A DNA stretch of 64,000 bases from an uncultured Chloroflexia bacterium (GCA_963746845.1 CAVVCZ010000005.1:288001-352000); one strand, 5' to 3'; shown: positions 21,225-31,818, numbered from the stretch's first letter. The notes: a model not told the origin generated them from the letters alone. A program made the numbers and translations.

Positions 21225-22219
21225 CGCCGGCCTGGGCGGGTGCGGCGCCGGCCGTCGAGGTCGCCGGCCTCACGAGGGCCTACGGCGGACGGACGGTCGT
21301 GCGGGACCTGTCATTCAACGTCGCAGCCGGCGAGGTCTTCGCCCTGCTCGGGCCGAACGGCGCGGGCAAGACGACGACGGTCGAGATCATCGAGGGCTAT
21401 CGCCGGGCCGATCGCGGCACGGTGTCCGTCCTCGGGGCTGACCCGGCGTCGGCCGGCCGCGACCATCGGGCGCGGGTCGGGCTGATGCTCCAGGGCGGCG
21501 GCGGGATTGACCCGCGGATGACCGCCCGGGAGGTCGTCCGGCTGCACGCACGGTTCCACGCGGCGCCGCGCGACCCCGACGAGCTCCTCGCCCTGGTGGG
21601 TCTGCCGGAGGCTGTCGCGGGCACCCGCTACCGGCGCCTGTCGGGCGGGGAGCGGCAGCGGGTCGGGCTGGCGCTCGCGCTCGTCGGACGGCCGCAGGTC
21701 GCGATCCTGGACGAGCCGACCGCGGGCATGGACGTCGAGGCGCGGATGGCGACCCGCGAGCTCTTCCGTTCGCTGCGCGACGAGGGGATGGCGATCCTGC
21801 TCACGAGCCACGACCTCACGGACGTCGAGCGGCTCGCCGACCGGATCGCGATCATCGACCGTGGGCGCCTGGTGGCGATCGGCAGCCCGGACGAGCTCAC
21901 GGCCGCGACGCGCCCGGTCCTCCGGTTCCGGCTGGCCGCCCCGCTCGGCGAGGCCGATCTCGCGGCGCTGACCGAGCGTCTCGGCGCCGGCTCGGTCGTG
22001 GAGGACGGCAGCCCCGGCCGCTACCGGGTCGACGGCCTCGAGCCGACGCCGGCGGCCCTCGCCGTCCTCACCGCCTGGTGCGAGGCGCGTGGCCTGCTGA
22101 TCGTCGACCTGCGCACGGGCGGCGGGAGTCTCGAGGAGCGCTATCTCGAGCTGATCGCGTCGGGGGCAGACGCGGACGACCCGGCCGAGGCGGGCGACGA
22201 TCGCGGGGCGCCCGCATGA
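21221..22219 (+). CDS. ABC-2 type transporter ATP-binding protein
   Basis: GPNGAGKT, LSGGERQR, LDEPT. Confidence 0.93.
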   Translation: MTPAWAGAAPAVEVAGLTRAYGGRTVVRDLSFNVAAGEVFALLGPNGAGKTTTVEIIEGYRRADRGTVSVLGADPASAGRDHRARVGLMLQGGGGIDPRMTAREVVRLHARFHAAPRDPDELLALVGLPEAVAGTRYRRLSGGERQRVGLALALVGRPQVAILDEPTAGMDVEARMATRELFRSLRDEGMAILLTSHDLTDVERLADRIAIIDRGRLVAIGSPDELTAATRPVLRFRLAAPLGEADLAALTERLGAGSVVEDGSPGRYRVDGLEPTPAALAVLTAWCEARGLLIVDLRTGGGSLEERYLELIASGADADDPAEAGDDRGAPA

Positions 22220-22977
22220 GCCGGGCCGCGTCGCCGCCTCGGGCGATCGCCGCGATGACGGCGATGGAGCTGCGGCTGGTCCTCCGCCGGGGCGAGAACC
22301 TGTTCGCGACGATCGTCATCCCGACGCTGGTCCTGCTCCTGTTCTCGTCGCTGTCCGTGCTCCCGACCGGTCCGGGCCGGCCCGTCGACTTCCTCCTGCC
22401 CGGGACGATCGCCCTCGGGATCATCGCGACGAGCCTCGTCAGCCTCGGGATCACGACCGCCTACGACCGCTCGTACGGGGTGCTGAAGCGTCTCGGTGGA
22501 TCGCCGCTCAGCCGTGGCGAGCTCGTCGTGGCCCGGTTCCTGACGGTGCTGGTCGTGGAGACCGTCCAGGTCGCACTGCTCGTCGGCGTGGCGGCCGTCG
22601 TCCTCGGCTGGAGCCCCGGCCCGGGCGCGTCCCCCCTCCTTGCCGTCGTCGCCGTCCTGCTCGGCACCGCGGCGTTCGCCGGCCTCGGGCTGACGCTCGC
22701 CGGCACGCTCCGCGCCGAGACCGTCCTGGCCCTCGCCAACCTGCTGTTCCTCGCCTTCCTCGTCGTCGGCGGGGTCATCGTCCCGATCGGCTCCCTGCCA
22801 GCACCCTTGGCGGCCGTGGCGGCGGCCCTCCCGGCAGCGCCGCTCTCGGAGCTGCTCCGGATCGCCCTCGGCTCCGCGGGGACGGCCGGCGCCGACATCG
22901 TGAGCCCGCTCGTCCTGCTCGGGGCGTGGGGCATCGGGCTCCTCTGCGTGGCCGCGGCCACGTTCCGCTGGGAGTAG
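22216..22977 (+). CDS. ABC-2 type permease
   Basis: ELRLVLRRGE, YDRSYGVLKRL, 6 TM; ATGA overlap. Confidence 0.9.
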   Translation: MSRAASPPRAIAAMTAMELRLVLRRGENLFATIVIPTLVLLLFSSLSVLPTGPGRPVDFLLPGTIALGIIATSLVSLGITTAYDRSYGVLKRLGGSPLSRGELVVARFLTVLVVETVQVALLVGVAAVVLGWSPGPGASPLLAVVAVLLGTAAFAGLGLTLAGTLRAETVLALANLLFLAFLVVGGVIVPIGSLPAPLAAVAAALPAAPLSELLRIALGSAGTAGADIVSPLVLLGAWGIGLLCVAAATFRWE

Positions 22978-23003
22978 CGCCCTGACCCGCCCGGGGAAAG
23001 AGT

Positions 23004-23031
23004 GAACCCCGGGCGGTCGGACCCGGGGTTC
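23004..23031. terminator. Probable bidirectional terminator hairpin
   Basis: GAACCCCGGG-N8-CCCGGGGTTC between the convergent permease and tRNA. Confidence 0.6.
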
Positions 23032-23043
23032 TGGAAAAGGCGC

Positions 23044-23118
23044 TGGTTGCGGGGGACGGATTCGAACCGCCGACCTTCGGGTTATGAGCCCGACGAGCTG
23101 CCGCTGCTCCACCCCGCG
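23044..23118 (-). tRNA. tRNA-Met (CAT), initiator
   Basis: CGCGGGGTGGAGCAGC...GGGCTCATAACCCG...GGTTCGAATCC...CAACCA; C1:A72 mismatch, three G-C pairs in the anticodon stem, encoded CCA. Confidence 0.97.
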
Positions 23119-23257
23119 ACCCCGAATGGTAGGGTCCGCCTCCCGATCGGTCAAATCCGTGCTCGCGCCGGGTCGCCGGCCGGGACGATCGTCCGGGACC
23201 GCTCCGGGACGAACGGACCAGTTGTCCGGAGGCACCACCCGGTGCACCGTGCCGCAC

Positions 23258-23458
23258 ATGTTCGGACGCCACCGCACCACACCGGATCGCGACCCATCGG
23301 CCCGCTTCGACGCGCTCGACGAGCGCTCGGCCGGCTCGACGGTGCTGCTCCGGACCGACCCGCCACGGGTCGATCCGCGCGACCTCCGCCGACGGCTCGG
23401 CGGACCCACCTCGCCCGGTCTCCGCGAGCGTCTCGACCGCCGGATCAGCGCGACCTGA
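23258..23458 (+). CDS. Small hypothetical protein (66 aa)
   Basis: Fills an intergenic gap with GC3-biased codons; no recognised motif. Confidence 0.4.
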   Translation: MFGRHRTTPDRDPSARFDALDERSAGSTVLLRTDPPRVDPRDLRRRLGGPTSPGLRERLDRRISAT

Positions 23459-23461
23459 CGA

Positions 23462-24778
23462 TCAGGCCGCCGGCGCGGCCGCTGCGGCCATCGCCGCCGA
23501 TCGTTCCCGGAGCCTGGGCCACGCGACGACGAACGCCGCGCCCGACAGCGCCGTCATGACGATCGCGAACAGGTAGAACGGCAGGCGGATGTCGATCGCC
23601 GCCGCCGTGCCGGTCACGACCGACGCGACCACGAACCCGAATGTCCCCGACGCCCCGACGATCCCCTGCGCGGTCGACGCGCGGCCCGCCGGGCTGCCGA
23701 GCGCGATGACGGTGAACAGGGCGGGGCTCCCGATCGCCGATCCCGTCGCTTCAAGGAGGATCAACGGGACCGACAGCAGCGGGTCGCTGATCACCGTGTA
23801 GGCGAGCGCCGCCACGACCGGCAGGACCGTTCCCGCGACGAGGAATGGCGTCAGGCTGCCGCGGTCGACGCGACGCCCGAAGAACGGCGACAGGACGAGG
23901 ATCGGCAGTCCGAACATCGCGAACGTCAGACCGATCAGCTCGATCCCCGCGCCAAGCCCCTGGAGGAAGATCGACCAGACGACCTCGTACGTCCCGAACG
24001 CGAAGTTCCCGCCGACCGTGAACAGGATCGCGGACAGCAGCCAGCGGTTCCCGAGCGATGACGGGGCGACGGCGGCTCCGGCCCCGGCCGGCGCGTTGTC
24101 CGGGATGGCCCGGGCGACCAGCTGGTCGGACTGGGGGCCGAGCTCGGTGAGCTCCAGCGGCATGAGCCGGCCGGGCTCGTGCGGTCGCTCGCGGACCCGG
24201 ATCGCGATCGCGGCCGCGGCCAGGAACGAGCTGATCGCCCCGAACACGAAGATGAACGCGACGCCTCCGAAGATCGACGCTCCGATCCCGCCGATCGCGG
24301 GTCCGAGCAGCAAGCCGCCCATCTGGGCTGCGCCGTACAGGCCGAATGCCTCGCCGCGCCGATCCGCCGGCGTCGCATCGGTGATGTAGCCGCGGGCCGC
24401 GGGGTCGTACATCGCCGTGGACAGCCCGGCCAGTGCCCGGAGGATCGTGAACGGCACGGCGCCGACGAACACGATCGGCAGGAACAGGAAGATCCCGCCC
24501 AGCACGTTGCCGGCCACCATCAGCGGCACGCGCCGTGTGCGGTCGGCGATCCAGCCGAAGACGGGCTCCCCGATGAGCCGCGCCGCGGGCCACGCGGCGA
24601 CGACGAAGCCGAGCGTCTGGAGGTCGACCCCGTGCTCGGTGAAGTAGATCGGCATGATCGGGAGGAGCGCGCCGAAGCCGAGCCACACGATCAGCTCGGC
24701 GGCCAGGAGGGGAAGGATCGCGTTCCAGCGCTGGGTCCAGGCGACGATCCCGGCGAGGGGATCCGATCGGGTGGGCAT
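23462..24778 (-). CDS. MFS transporter
   Basis: GWIADRTRR motif A, 12 TM segments. Confidence 0.92.
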   Translation of the reverse strand: MPTRSDPLAGIVAWTQRWNAILPLLAAELIVWLGFGALLPIMPIYFTEHGVDLQTLGFVVAAWPAARLIGEPVFGWIADRTRRVPLMVAGNVLGGIFLFLPIVFVGAVPFTILRALAGLSTAMYDPAARGYITDATPADRRGEAFGLYGAAQMGGLLLGPAIGGIGASIFGGVAFIFVFGAISSFLAAAAIAIRVRERPHEPGRLMPLELTELGPQSDQLVARAIPDNAPAGAGAAVAPSSLGNRWLLSAILFTVGGNFAFGTYEVVWSIFLQGLGAGIELIGLTFAMFGLPILVLSPFFGRRVDRGSLTPFLVAGTVLPVVAALAYTVISDPLLSVPLILLEATGSAIGSPALFTVIALGSPAGRASTAQGIVGASGTFGFVVASVVTGTAAAIDIRLPFYLFAIVMTALSGAAFVVAWPRLRERSAAMAAAAAPAA

Positions 24779-24905
24779 CGGCCGGCGATCGTAGACGCGA
24801 CGCCTGGGAAACGCGCGCTCCGTATCATCGAGCGGTGCCTGGCTCCGAGCGCGACAAGCCGACCGTCCCGTTCGGCCCGCGCAACAGTGGCGCCCGGGGG
24901 ACGGG

Positions 24906-25703
24906 ATGAGCGGTCCGATCGGTCTGCACGGCGGCGGCGAGTACCTCGCGGGCGATGAGCCGTTCCTCGATGCGCTGCTCCGGGCGGCTCTCGAGGCGGT
25001 CGGGCGACGCACGGCACGCGCGGCCGAGGCGACCAACGACGACGTGACCGGACACGCGCTCGACGCACGTTCCCCGGTCCGCATCGGCATCGTCCCGACC
25101 GCCGCCGGACGAGGCCTGCCCGACCGGGCTGCCGCGACCGGTGTCGGAGCGTTCCAGCGGCGTGCCGCGGCGGCCGGGATCGCGGCCCGGGTCGAGGTCA
25201 TCCGGGTCATCGACCGGGCGTCGGCCGCGGACGCGGACCTGGCCCGGCGGCTCCGCGATGCGGACCTGATCCATCTCCCGGGCGGGGATCCGGACCTCAT
25301 CCCGACGATCCTCGAGGGGAGCCCCGCGCTCGCCGCGATCCACGCCGCGTGGGAGCGTGGCGCGGTCGTCGCCGGGGCGAGCGCGGGCGCGATGGCCCTC
25401 GCCGACTGGACCTGGACGCCCCAGGGCGGGATGCGCGGACTCGGGTTCGTCCACGGTCTCGCGGTTGTCCCCCACTACGACGAGGTCCGCCGGACCACGT
25501 GGCAGGAATTGATCGATCAGCTGGCGCCCGGCGGGATCGGCTACCTCGGCCTGGACGAGCGGACCGGGATCCTCGCCGAGCCGGACGGGACCGACGATCG
25601 GAGCTGGATCGTGGCCGGCGCCGGAGCCGCCTGGTGGTTCGCGTGCGGTGCCAACGAGCCGGTCGTCGCGTGGTCCGGGGAGCGTCTCCGCCTGCCGGTC
25701 TGA
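24906..25703 (+). CDS. Peptidase S51 / cyanophycinase-like protein
   Basis: LHGGGE, PGGDP, GASAGA nucleophile, VPHY, GLDERT. Confidence 0.85.
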   Translation: MSGPIGLHGGGEYLAGDEPFLDALLRAALEAVGRRTARAAEATNDDVTGHALDARSPVRIGIVPTAAGRGLPDRAAATGVGAFQRRAAAAGIAARVEVIRVIDRASAADADLARRLRDADLIHLPGGDPDLIPTILEGSPALAAIHAAWERGAVVAGASAGAMALADWTWTPQGGMRGLGFVHGLAVVPHYDEVRRTTWQELIDQLAPGGIGYLGLDERTGILAEPDGTDDRSWIVAGAGAAWWFACGANEPVVAWSGERLRLPV

Positions 25704-25857
25704 GGCGTCGATCGGACGCACCGCCTCCGCCCGCCGGAGCCGCCCGGCTTACGTCCTCCTTACGCCGGATCGTCGATCCGCGCGAGAAGCTCGCCCAACG
25801 TCCGCCTCGACGCGGGCGCTGCCCGCGAGCCAACCGTCCACCTTGAGGGTTCCTTCG

Positions 25858-26430
25858 ATGACCGTCCTCTTCCGGCGAGCCGCGATCACGATCGTGGCCG
25901 TCGTCGTCCTGTCGCTTGCCGCGGTCGGCCTGGTCGAGGTCGGCGTGGCGATCGGGTCCAACGGGACCCACGGGCCGGCGGCGCTCGGCCTGGCGTCCGA
26001 TCCCTCGACCGCGGCGACCGACGGGTCGGTCGCCGACGACATCGACGCGCTGCTCGCCGCCGACCAGACGACCGCCGCGCCGGCCACGGCACCGGGGCGC
26101 GTCAACAAGGCGGTCGCCGGCCTGCGCCGGCTCGCCGCCGCACGCAAGCTCGTCCACGCCACCGTCCTGGTCGACCTCCCGAAGCTCGGCGGGCTCACCA
26201 CGGTCCAGCTGGACCACGGCACGATCGCCGCGGTGAGCGCGACGTCCCTCTCGATCACCGAAGCCGACAAGTCGAAGCCCACGGTCAAGCTCGGCGACGA
26301 AACCCGCGTCCGCAAGAACGCGGCCAAGGCCGCGATCGCCGACCTCAAGGTCGGCGACGAGGTCTTCGTGATGAGCAAGGTCTCGAGCGACGGGACCGAG
26401 GCCTATCTCGTGGTCGTGCCGAAGGCCTGA
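25858..26430 (+). CDS. Secreted or membrane-anchored hypothetical protein with a C-terminal OB-like (DUF5666-like) domain
   Basis: N-terminal TM; GTIAAVSATSLSI...DLKVGDEV. Confidence 0.65.
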   Translation: MTVLFRRAAITIVAVVVLSLAAVGLVEVGVAIGSNGTHGPAALGLASDPSTAATDGSVADDIDALLAADQTTAAPATAPGRVNKAVAGLRRLAAARKLVHATVLVDLPKLGGLTTVQLDHGTIAAVSATSLSITEADKSKPTVKLGDETRVRKNAAKAAIADLKVGDEVFVMSKVSSDGTEAYLVVVPKA

Positions 26431-26467
26431 CCACCACCTCTCCGATCCCCCGTCCGATCGCCGCCGG

Positions 26468-29308
26468 TCAGCCCGTTCGCTGGAGACCGGCGGCGATCCC
26501 GTTCACGGTGAGCTGGACCAGCCGAAGCAGACGCGGCCTGACCGGATCGTCCGGCGGCGTCGCGCGGAGCCGGCTCAGCAGCGTCACCTGGAGCTCCGAG
26601 AGCGAGTCGACGTAGGGATCGCGCAGGCCGAGGCGCCGCCGGAGCTCGGGGTCGTGGTCCAGGAGGCGGTCCCGGCCGGTGATCCGGCCGATCCACGCGA
26701 CCGTCCGGACGTATTCCTCCTCGATCGCGGTCCAGAACGGCACGCCAGCGATCCCCGCGAGGGCCGCGTACTGGCGGCCGACCCCGAGATCGGCTCGGGC
26801 CAGGGACAGCTCCGCGTTGTCGATGAGGCTCGCGAGGAACGGCCAGCGCGCGTACAGGCGGGCGATCGTCCCGATCGCGCGGCTCCCGTGACGTGCGGCA
26901 TGGGCCTCCAGCGCTGTCCCCAGCCCGAACCAGCCGGGCAGCTCGATCCGCGACTGCGACCAGGCGAACACCCACGGGATCGCCCGGAGGTCCGCGATCG
27001 AGGCGGCGGGGGGCGGCCCCGGGCGCTCGCCGGACCGGCCGCGGGCCGCGGGTCGCGAGCCGAGGCGCAGGGACGCGATCTCGTCGATCGGGGTCGCGAG
27101 GCGGAAGAACTCGACGAACCCGGGAGCCTCGACGAGCGCCCGATAGGTCGCGCGCGAGGTCGTGGCGAGATCGTCGAGGATCGGCGCGCCGGTCGCCTCG
27201 GCCGACGCCCCGGCGTCACCGTGGGCCCGCGACGAGGCGACCAGGGTCGCGGCGGCGAGACCCTCGAGGTGGCGGAGCGCGATGCCCGGATCCGCATAGT
27301 TCGCGGCGATCACCTCGCCCTGCTCGGTGAGCTTCAGCCGGCCCCGGACCGAGCCCGTCGCCAGCCCGAGGATCGCCCGGTTGGCCGGTCCCCCGCCCCG
27401 TCCGATCGCGCCGCCCCGGCCATGGAAGATCGTCAGCTCGATCCCGTGGCGGGCAGCGCTCTCCGCAAGCGCCGCCTGGGCCCGATGGAGCTGCCAGTTC
27501 GCGGCGAGGTAGCCGGACTCCTTGTTCGAGTCCGAGTAGCCGAGCATGACCTCCTGGCGATCGCCGCGCGAGCGCAGGTGCCGGCGATAGGTGCGGTCGA
27601 CGAGGATCGCGTCGAGGATCGATCCGGCCGCATCGAGCGTCGCCGCGTCCTCGAACAGCGGGACGACGTCCAGGACCGGGGGCCGGGCGCCGTCGTCGCC
27701 ATCGATTGCCGCGAGCCGCAGAACCCGGAGGACGTCGCCCGGGTCGGCGGTGAACGAGATCACGTACCGTCCGGCAGCACCCGGGCCGTACCGGGCCTGG
27801 GCCGCGGCCACGACCCGGAAGGTCTCCACGACTTCCGCCGCGGCCACGCCCGGGACGACCTCGCGGTCGCGATCCCCGGCCTTCATGGCCGTCTCGGCGT
27901 CCCGATGCACGGCGCTGTGCTGGCGGACCTCGAGCGACGCGAGGTGGAACCCGAACGTTGCGAGCTGCCAGCGGAGATCGGCGACCTCGCCCCATGCGAC
28001 GCGCTCGAGGCCGTCGGCGGCGAGCGCCTCCTGCACCTCCGCGAGCTCGGTGTCGAGCTCCGCTGCGTCCGCGTACCGGCCGGTGAGCGGCGCGGCCTGC
28101 CCGGTCAGGTGGGCCCGGGTCCGGCGCAGTCGCTCGGCGATGAACCCGAACCGCTGCCGGTACGGCTCGTCGGGGAACCGCCGGCGGAGCGTGCGGTCCA
28201 GGTCGGGCAGGAGCTCCGCATCGCGGGCGAGCCGGGTCTCGATCGCCCGCCCGACGCGGTCGGACGTCACGGCCGCGGCGATCGTCTGCGACAGCCGCGT
28301 CGCGACGGCCTCGTACCCGCGCAGGACGTGGTCGGCCTGGATGCGGAGGGTCCGCTCCGTGATCTCCGCGGTGACCGACGGGTTGCCGTCGCGGTCGGCA
28401 CCGATCCACGAGTCCCAGGCCAGGAACGGCGTGATCCGGGGGACCCGCGTGCCGGTCCGGCCCGCGTCGGCGGCCTCGCCATCGGCCGCCCGCGCAACCG
28501 TCGCGCCGCCCCGGCGCGGCGCGGGGCCATCGAGCGCGGCGTCGGCCCGGCGATAGAGACGCGGGACGACGCTGAACACCGTCTCGTCGAAGAACGCCAG
28601 TGCCGTCCGGACTTCGTCGAGCGGCGACACGGCGGTCGACCGGAGGTCGGCGGTCCGCCAGAGCAGCGTGATCTCCTCGCGGAGCCGGCGCCGGACGTCG
28701 CGGTCCTCGGCCGGACCGATGTCGCGGTCGGCGAGCCGGGCGAGGAGCGTGTCGACCCGGCGGAGGGCGATCAGGACGGTCCGCCGACGCGCCTCGGTCG
28801 GGTGTGCGGTCAGGACCGGCGTGATCCGCAGCTCCCCGATCGCCGCGGCGACGGCCTCATCATCCGCCCCGGTGCGCCGGAGCCAGTCGACCGCGCTCGC
28901 GAGGGACGCGTCCGGCGACTCGCCCCGGGACGGTCGGTCGCGCGCCGCGCGCCGGGAGGCGCGCACGAGCTCGCGCTCCTCGGCGAGGTTGACGAGCCGG
29001 AAGTAGAGGCTGAACGCGCGGGCGACCACCTCGGCGCGTTCGAGGTCGAGGGTCGCGAGCTCCGCGACGAGACCGGCCCGGAGCGCGGGCTCGTCGCCGC
29101 GCCGGAGGCGGATCGTCGACCGGCGGACCCGCTCGACGAGATCGAGCAGGTCGCGTCCGGCCTGTTCGGCGATCACCTGGCCGAGCAGCGAGCCCAGGAG
29201 GCGGACCTCGACCGCGAGCGGGTCGCGCGCACGCCCGGTCCCGATCGTCGCCGGCTCGGCTCGAACCGCCTCGTTCGGACCGCCGCCCCGTCGGCCCCGA
29301 CCCGTCAC
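26468..29308 (-). CDS. ppc: Phosphoenolpyruvate carboxylase
   Basis: VLTAHPTE, WIGADRDGNP, VPLFE, QEVMLGYSDSNK, FHGRGGAIGRGG, LRAIPWVF. Confidence 0.97.
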   Translation of the reverse strand: MTGRGRRGGGPNEAVRAEPATIGTGRARDPLAVEVRLLGSLLGQVIAEQAGRDLLDLVERVRRSTIRLRRGDEPALRAGLVAELATLDLERAEVVARAFSLYFRLVNLAEERELVRASRRAARDRPSRGESPDASLASAVDWLRRTGADDEAVAAAIGELRITPVLTAHPTEARRRTVLIALRRVDTLLARLADRDIGPAEDRDVRRRLREEITLLWRTADLRSTAVSPLDEVRTALAFFDETVFSVVPRLYRRADAALDGPAPRRGGATVARAADGEAADAGRTGTRVPRITPFLAWDSWIGADRDGNPSVTAEITERTLRIQADHVLRGYEAVATRLSQTIAAAVTSDRVGRAIETRLARDAELLPDLDRTLRRRFPDEPYRQRFGFIAERLRRTRAHLTGQAAPLTGRYADAAELDTELAEVQEALAADGLERVAWGEVADLRWQLATFGFHLASLEVRQHSAVHRDAETAMKAGDRDREVVPGVAAAEVVETFRVVAAAQARYGPGAAGRYVISFTADPGDVLRVLRLAAIDGDDGARPPVLDVVPLFEDAATLDAAGSILDAILVDRTYRRHLRSRGDRQEVMLGYSDSNKESGYLAANWQLHRAQAALAESAARHGIELTIFHGRGGAIGRGGGPANRAILGLATGSVRGRLKLTEQGEVIAANYADPGIALRHLEGLAAATLVASSRAHGDAGASAEATGAPILDDLATTSRATYRALVEAPGFVEFFRLATPIDEIASLRLGSRPAARGRSGERPGPPPAASIADLRAIPWVFAWSQSRIELPGWFGLGTALEAHAARHGSRAIGTIARLYARWPFLASLIDNAELSLARADLGVGRQYAALAGIAGVPFWTAIEEEYVRTVAWIGRITGRDRLLDHDPELRRRLGLRDPYVDSLSELQVTLLSRLRATPPDDPVRPRLLRLVQLTVNGIAAGLQRTG

Positions 29309-29448
29309 GCCGCGCTCCGCAACGTCGCGGCGTCCGGTGCGCCGCGCCGATCGCGACGGCCGCACCGCCCGCGGCCGACACCATTCCGCTCCTCGCCCGG
29401 GCCGCTCCCGCAACCTTCCCGGCCGGATTCGGCCCCTAGGCTTGTATC

Positions 29449-30726
29449 GTGATGGCCATGGCGGCGCCCGACATCGACCCGCGCGGCGGACCGGACCAGC
29501 TCGACCAGCTCCGGTTCCTGCACGACGTCGCCCGGCTCGCCACGACGGCGCGGACGTGGGACGAGCTCCTCGAGACGGTCGTCGACGGGACCCGGGATGC
29601 CCTCCACGCGGACGTCTCCTCGTTCTACCTGCTCGATCGGGATGGAGCCTACCTGACGCTCGCGGCGACGAACGGCCTCGATCGCTTCCAGATCGGTCGC
29701 GCGCGTGTCCCGTTCGGCGAGGGCGTCACCGGCCACGTCGCGGCGACCCGCAAGCCACTCGTGGTGGCGGACGTCCGCTCGGACCGTCGGTTCCTGTGGG
29801 TCCGCGGCATCGACCAGAAGCGGTTCGTCGCCTCGATGCTCAGCGTGCCGCTCAGCTGGAACGACCAGATCGTCGGCGTCCTCAACGTCCAGACCGAGCA
29901 GACGCGGGTGTTCAGCCGGGCCGACGTGGCCCAGCTCCAGGCGATCGCCGACCTCCTGGCAGGGATCGTGGAGAAGGGCCGCCGCCAGACCGAGGCCGAG
30001 GAGCGGCTCGAGCAGCTCCGCCAGATCGACGAGGCCCGCTCCGAGCTGATCGCGCTCGTGACGCACGAGCTCCGGACCCCGCTCGCCGTCGTCCGCGCCT
30101 ACACCGAGCTCCTCGGCGACGACCCGCCGCTCGAGGGGCGCGAGTCGCGGGACCCGAATCGCCGCGCCCAGCGCCAGGCCTGGCACGACGCCGCGATGGA
30201 GCAGGTGGAGCGGCTGGACCGCCTTGTCGACTCGATCCTCGCCTCGGTCCGGATCGTGCCTGCGGAGGCCGCGACGGTCACCCCGACGGACGTCGAGGCC
30301 GCGATCGACGAGGTCGTCGAATCGATCCGGCCGATTGTCCGCCAGCACCACCTCGAGGTCCGTCACGGCCTCCATCACCACGCGCTGGCCGACGCGCCGC
30401 GGCTCCGCCAGATCCTCGAGCATCTGATCGAGAACGCGGTGAAGTACGCGCCGCCGGACACGACGATCGCGATCGACCACGCCCTCGTCGAGGGCTTCGT
30501 CCGGATCGGCGTGAGCGACCAGGGCCCCGGCGTCCCCGAGGAGTGGCGCGAGCGGATCTTCGAGCCGTATGCCCGGCGCGAGACCCACACCGCGCGTGGC
30601 TCCGGGATCGGGCTGTACGCCGCGAAGCGGCTCGGCAAATCGATGGGGGCGAGGCTGTGGGTCGAGCCCGCCGAGCCGACCGGCGCCCGGTTCGTCCTCG
30701 CGCTCCCCGCCGCAGCCGCCGTCTAG
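29449..30726 (+). CDS. Cytoplasmic GAF-domain sensor histidine kinase
   Basis: GAF domain (FGEGVTGHVA), THELRTPL, ENAVKY, DQGPG, GSGIGL; no TM segments. Confidence 0.93.
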   Translation: MMAMAAPDIDPRGGPDQLDQLRFLHDVARLATTARTWDELLETVVDGTRDALHADVSSFYLLDRDGAYLTLAATNGLDRFQIGRARVPFGEGVTGHVAATRKPLVVADVRSDRRFLWVRGIDQKRFVASMLSVPLSWNDQIVGVLNVQTEQTRVFSRADVAQLQAIADLLAGIVEKGRRQTEAEERLEQLRQIDEARSELIALVTHELRTPLAVVRAYTELLGDDPPLEGRESRDPNRRAQRQAWHDAAMEQVERLDRLVDSILASVRIVPAEAATVTPTDVEAAIDEVVESIRPIVRQHHLEVRHGLHHHALADAPRLRQILEHLIENAVKYAPPDTTIAIDHALVEGFVRIGVSDQGPGVPEEWRERIFEPYARRETHTARGSGIGLYAAKRLGKSMGARLWVEPAEPTGARFVLALPAAAAV

Positions 30727-30738
30727 GATGAGGTCCTG

Positions 30739-31437
30739 ATGCTCGCCAGCCGTCCGCTCCGAATCCTCGTCGTCGACGATGACCCGGCGATGGTCGGGGC
30801 GATCACCGCGCTCGTCGGGACCGAGGGCCACCAGGTCATCACCGCCTACGACGGCCTGACGGCCGTCAAGCGCTTCCGCGAGGAAGCGCCGGACATCGTC
30901 CTGCTCGATCTCGCGATGCCCGGTCCGGACGGGTTCACGGTCGCGGGCCAGATCCGGGCGGCCGGACTGGCGCCCATCCTCGTCGTCTCGGGCGAGAGCG
31001 CCGAGGAGGCGAAGGTCCGGGCGCTCGGGATCGGGGCCGACGACTATCTCGTCAAGCCGTTCGGCAAGGCCGAGCTGCTCGCCCGGATCGCGGCGGTCAT
31101 GCGCCGGGTCGACCGCTCGACGGGCGGTCCCGCCACGGGGCCCGTCAGCGCCGGGAAGCTCGTCCTGGAGCCGGCTCGTCACGAGGCGCGCGTCGGCGAC
31201 ACGGCGCTCGCGCTCACCCCGACCGAGTTCCGCCTCCTCGAGGCCCTCGTGCGCGCGAACGGCGACATCGTCCCGCATCATCTCCTCGCCCGGGCAGGCT
31301 GGCCGGCCGAGACTGACCCCGACCTGCTCTGGCTGAAGCCGCACCTCGCCCGCCTCCGCGGCAAGGTCGAAAGCGCCGGCGGCCCCCACATCGTGGCCGT
31401 CCGCGGAGTGGGATACCGGATCGAATCGGGCAGCTAG
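30739..31437 (+). CDS. OmpR-family response regulator
   Basis: VVDDD, LLDLAMP, GADDYLVKPF, LTPTEF, VRGVGYR. Confidence 0.95.
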   Translation: MLASRPLRILVVDDDPAMVGAITALVGTEGHQVITAYDGLTAVKRFREEAPDIVLLDLAMPGPDGFTVAGQIRAAGLAPILVVSGESAEEAKVRALGIGADDYLVKPFGKAELLARIAAVMRRVDRSTGGPATGPVSAGKLVLEPARHEARVGDTALALTPTEFRLLEALVRANGDIVPHHLLARAGWPAETDPDLLWLKPHLARLRGKVESAGGPHIVAVRGVGYRIESGS

Positions 31438-31457
31438 ACCACAGCCCCTACTGCGTT

Positions 31458-31572
31458 CGTCGCGCATGGGTGCGTCAGCGCAAGGCGGACCCGAGCACCG
31501 GAGCGAGCGGGCTCAGACGCCCGTGAGCGAGGAGCGCAGGGTCCAACGCCGCGATGGCGTGCCCAGGCGCGA
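31458..31572. repeat. Structured interspersed repeat, copy A
   Basis: AGCGCAAGGCGGA.CCGAGCAC.GGAGCGAGCG...CGTGAGCGAG...CAACGC.GCGA shared with 53641-53728. Confidence 0.75.
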
Positions 31573-31578
31573 CAGCCG

Positions 31579-31818
31579 TCAGGCGAGCGCGAGACTCGGT
31601 GCGCGATAGCCAGCCACGTCGTGGGCGGCATCAACGCAGTCCACGCGACAGCCGCGGGCATCCCGCCCGCCGAGCGGGTTGAAGTGGAACCAGGCGATGT
31701 CGTTGTCGGCGATGTCGGCGCGGAGACGGCAGCCGCAGGTGGCACAGGTCACCGGGGCGCCGTGGCCGTCGCGAACCGCCAGCGGGCGGGTGATCTCGGG
31801 GTCGGACGGGTGGATCAT
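31579..31818 (-). CDS. Small Cys/His-rich hypothetical protein (79 aa)
   Basis: AAAGG RBS; CATCGC...WFHF...GCRVDC...H. Confidence 0.65.
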   Translation of the reverse strand: MIHPSDPEITRPLAVRDGHGAPVTCATCGCRLRADIADNDIAWFHFNPLGGRDARGCRVDCVDAAHDVAGYRAPSLALA

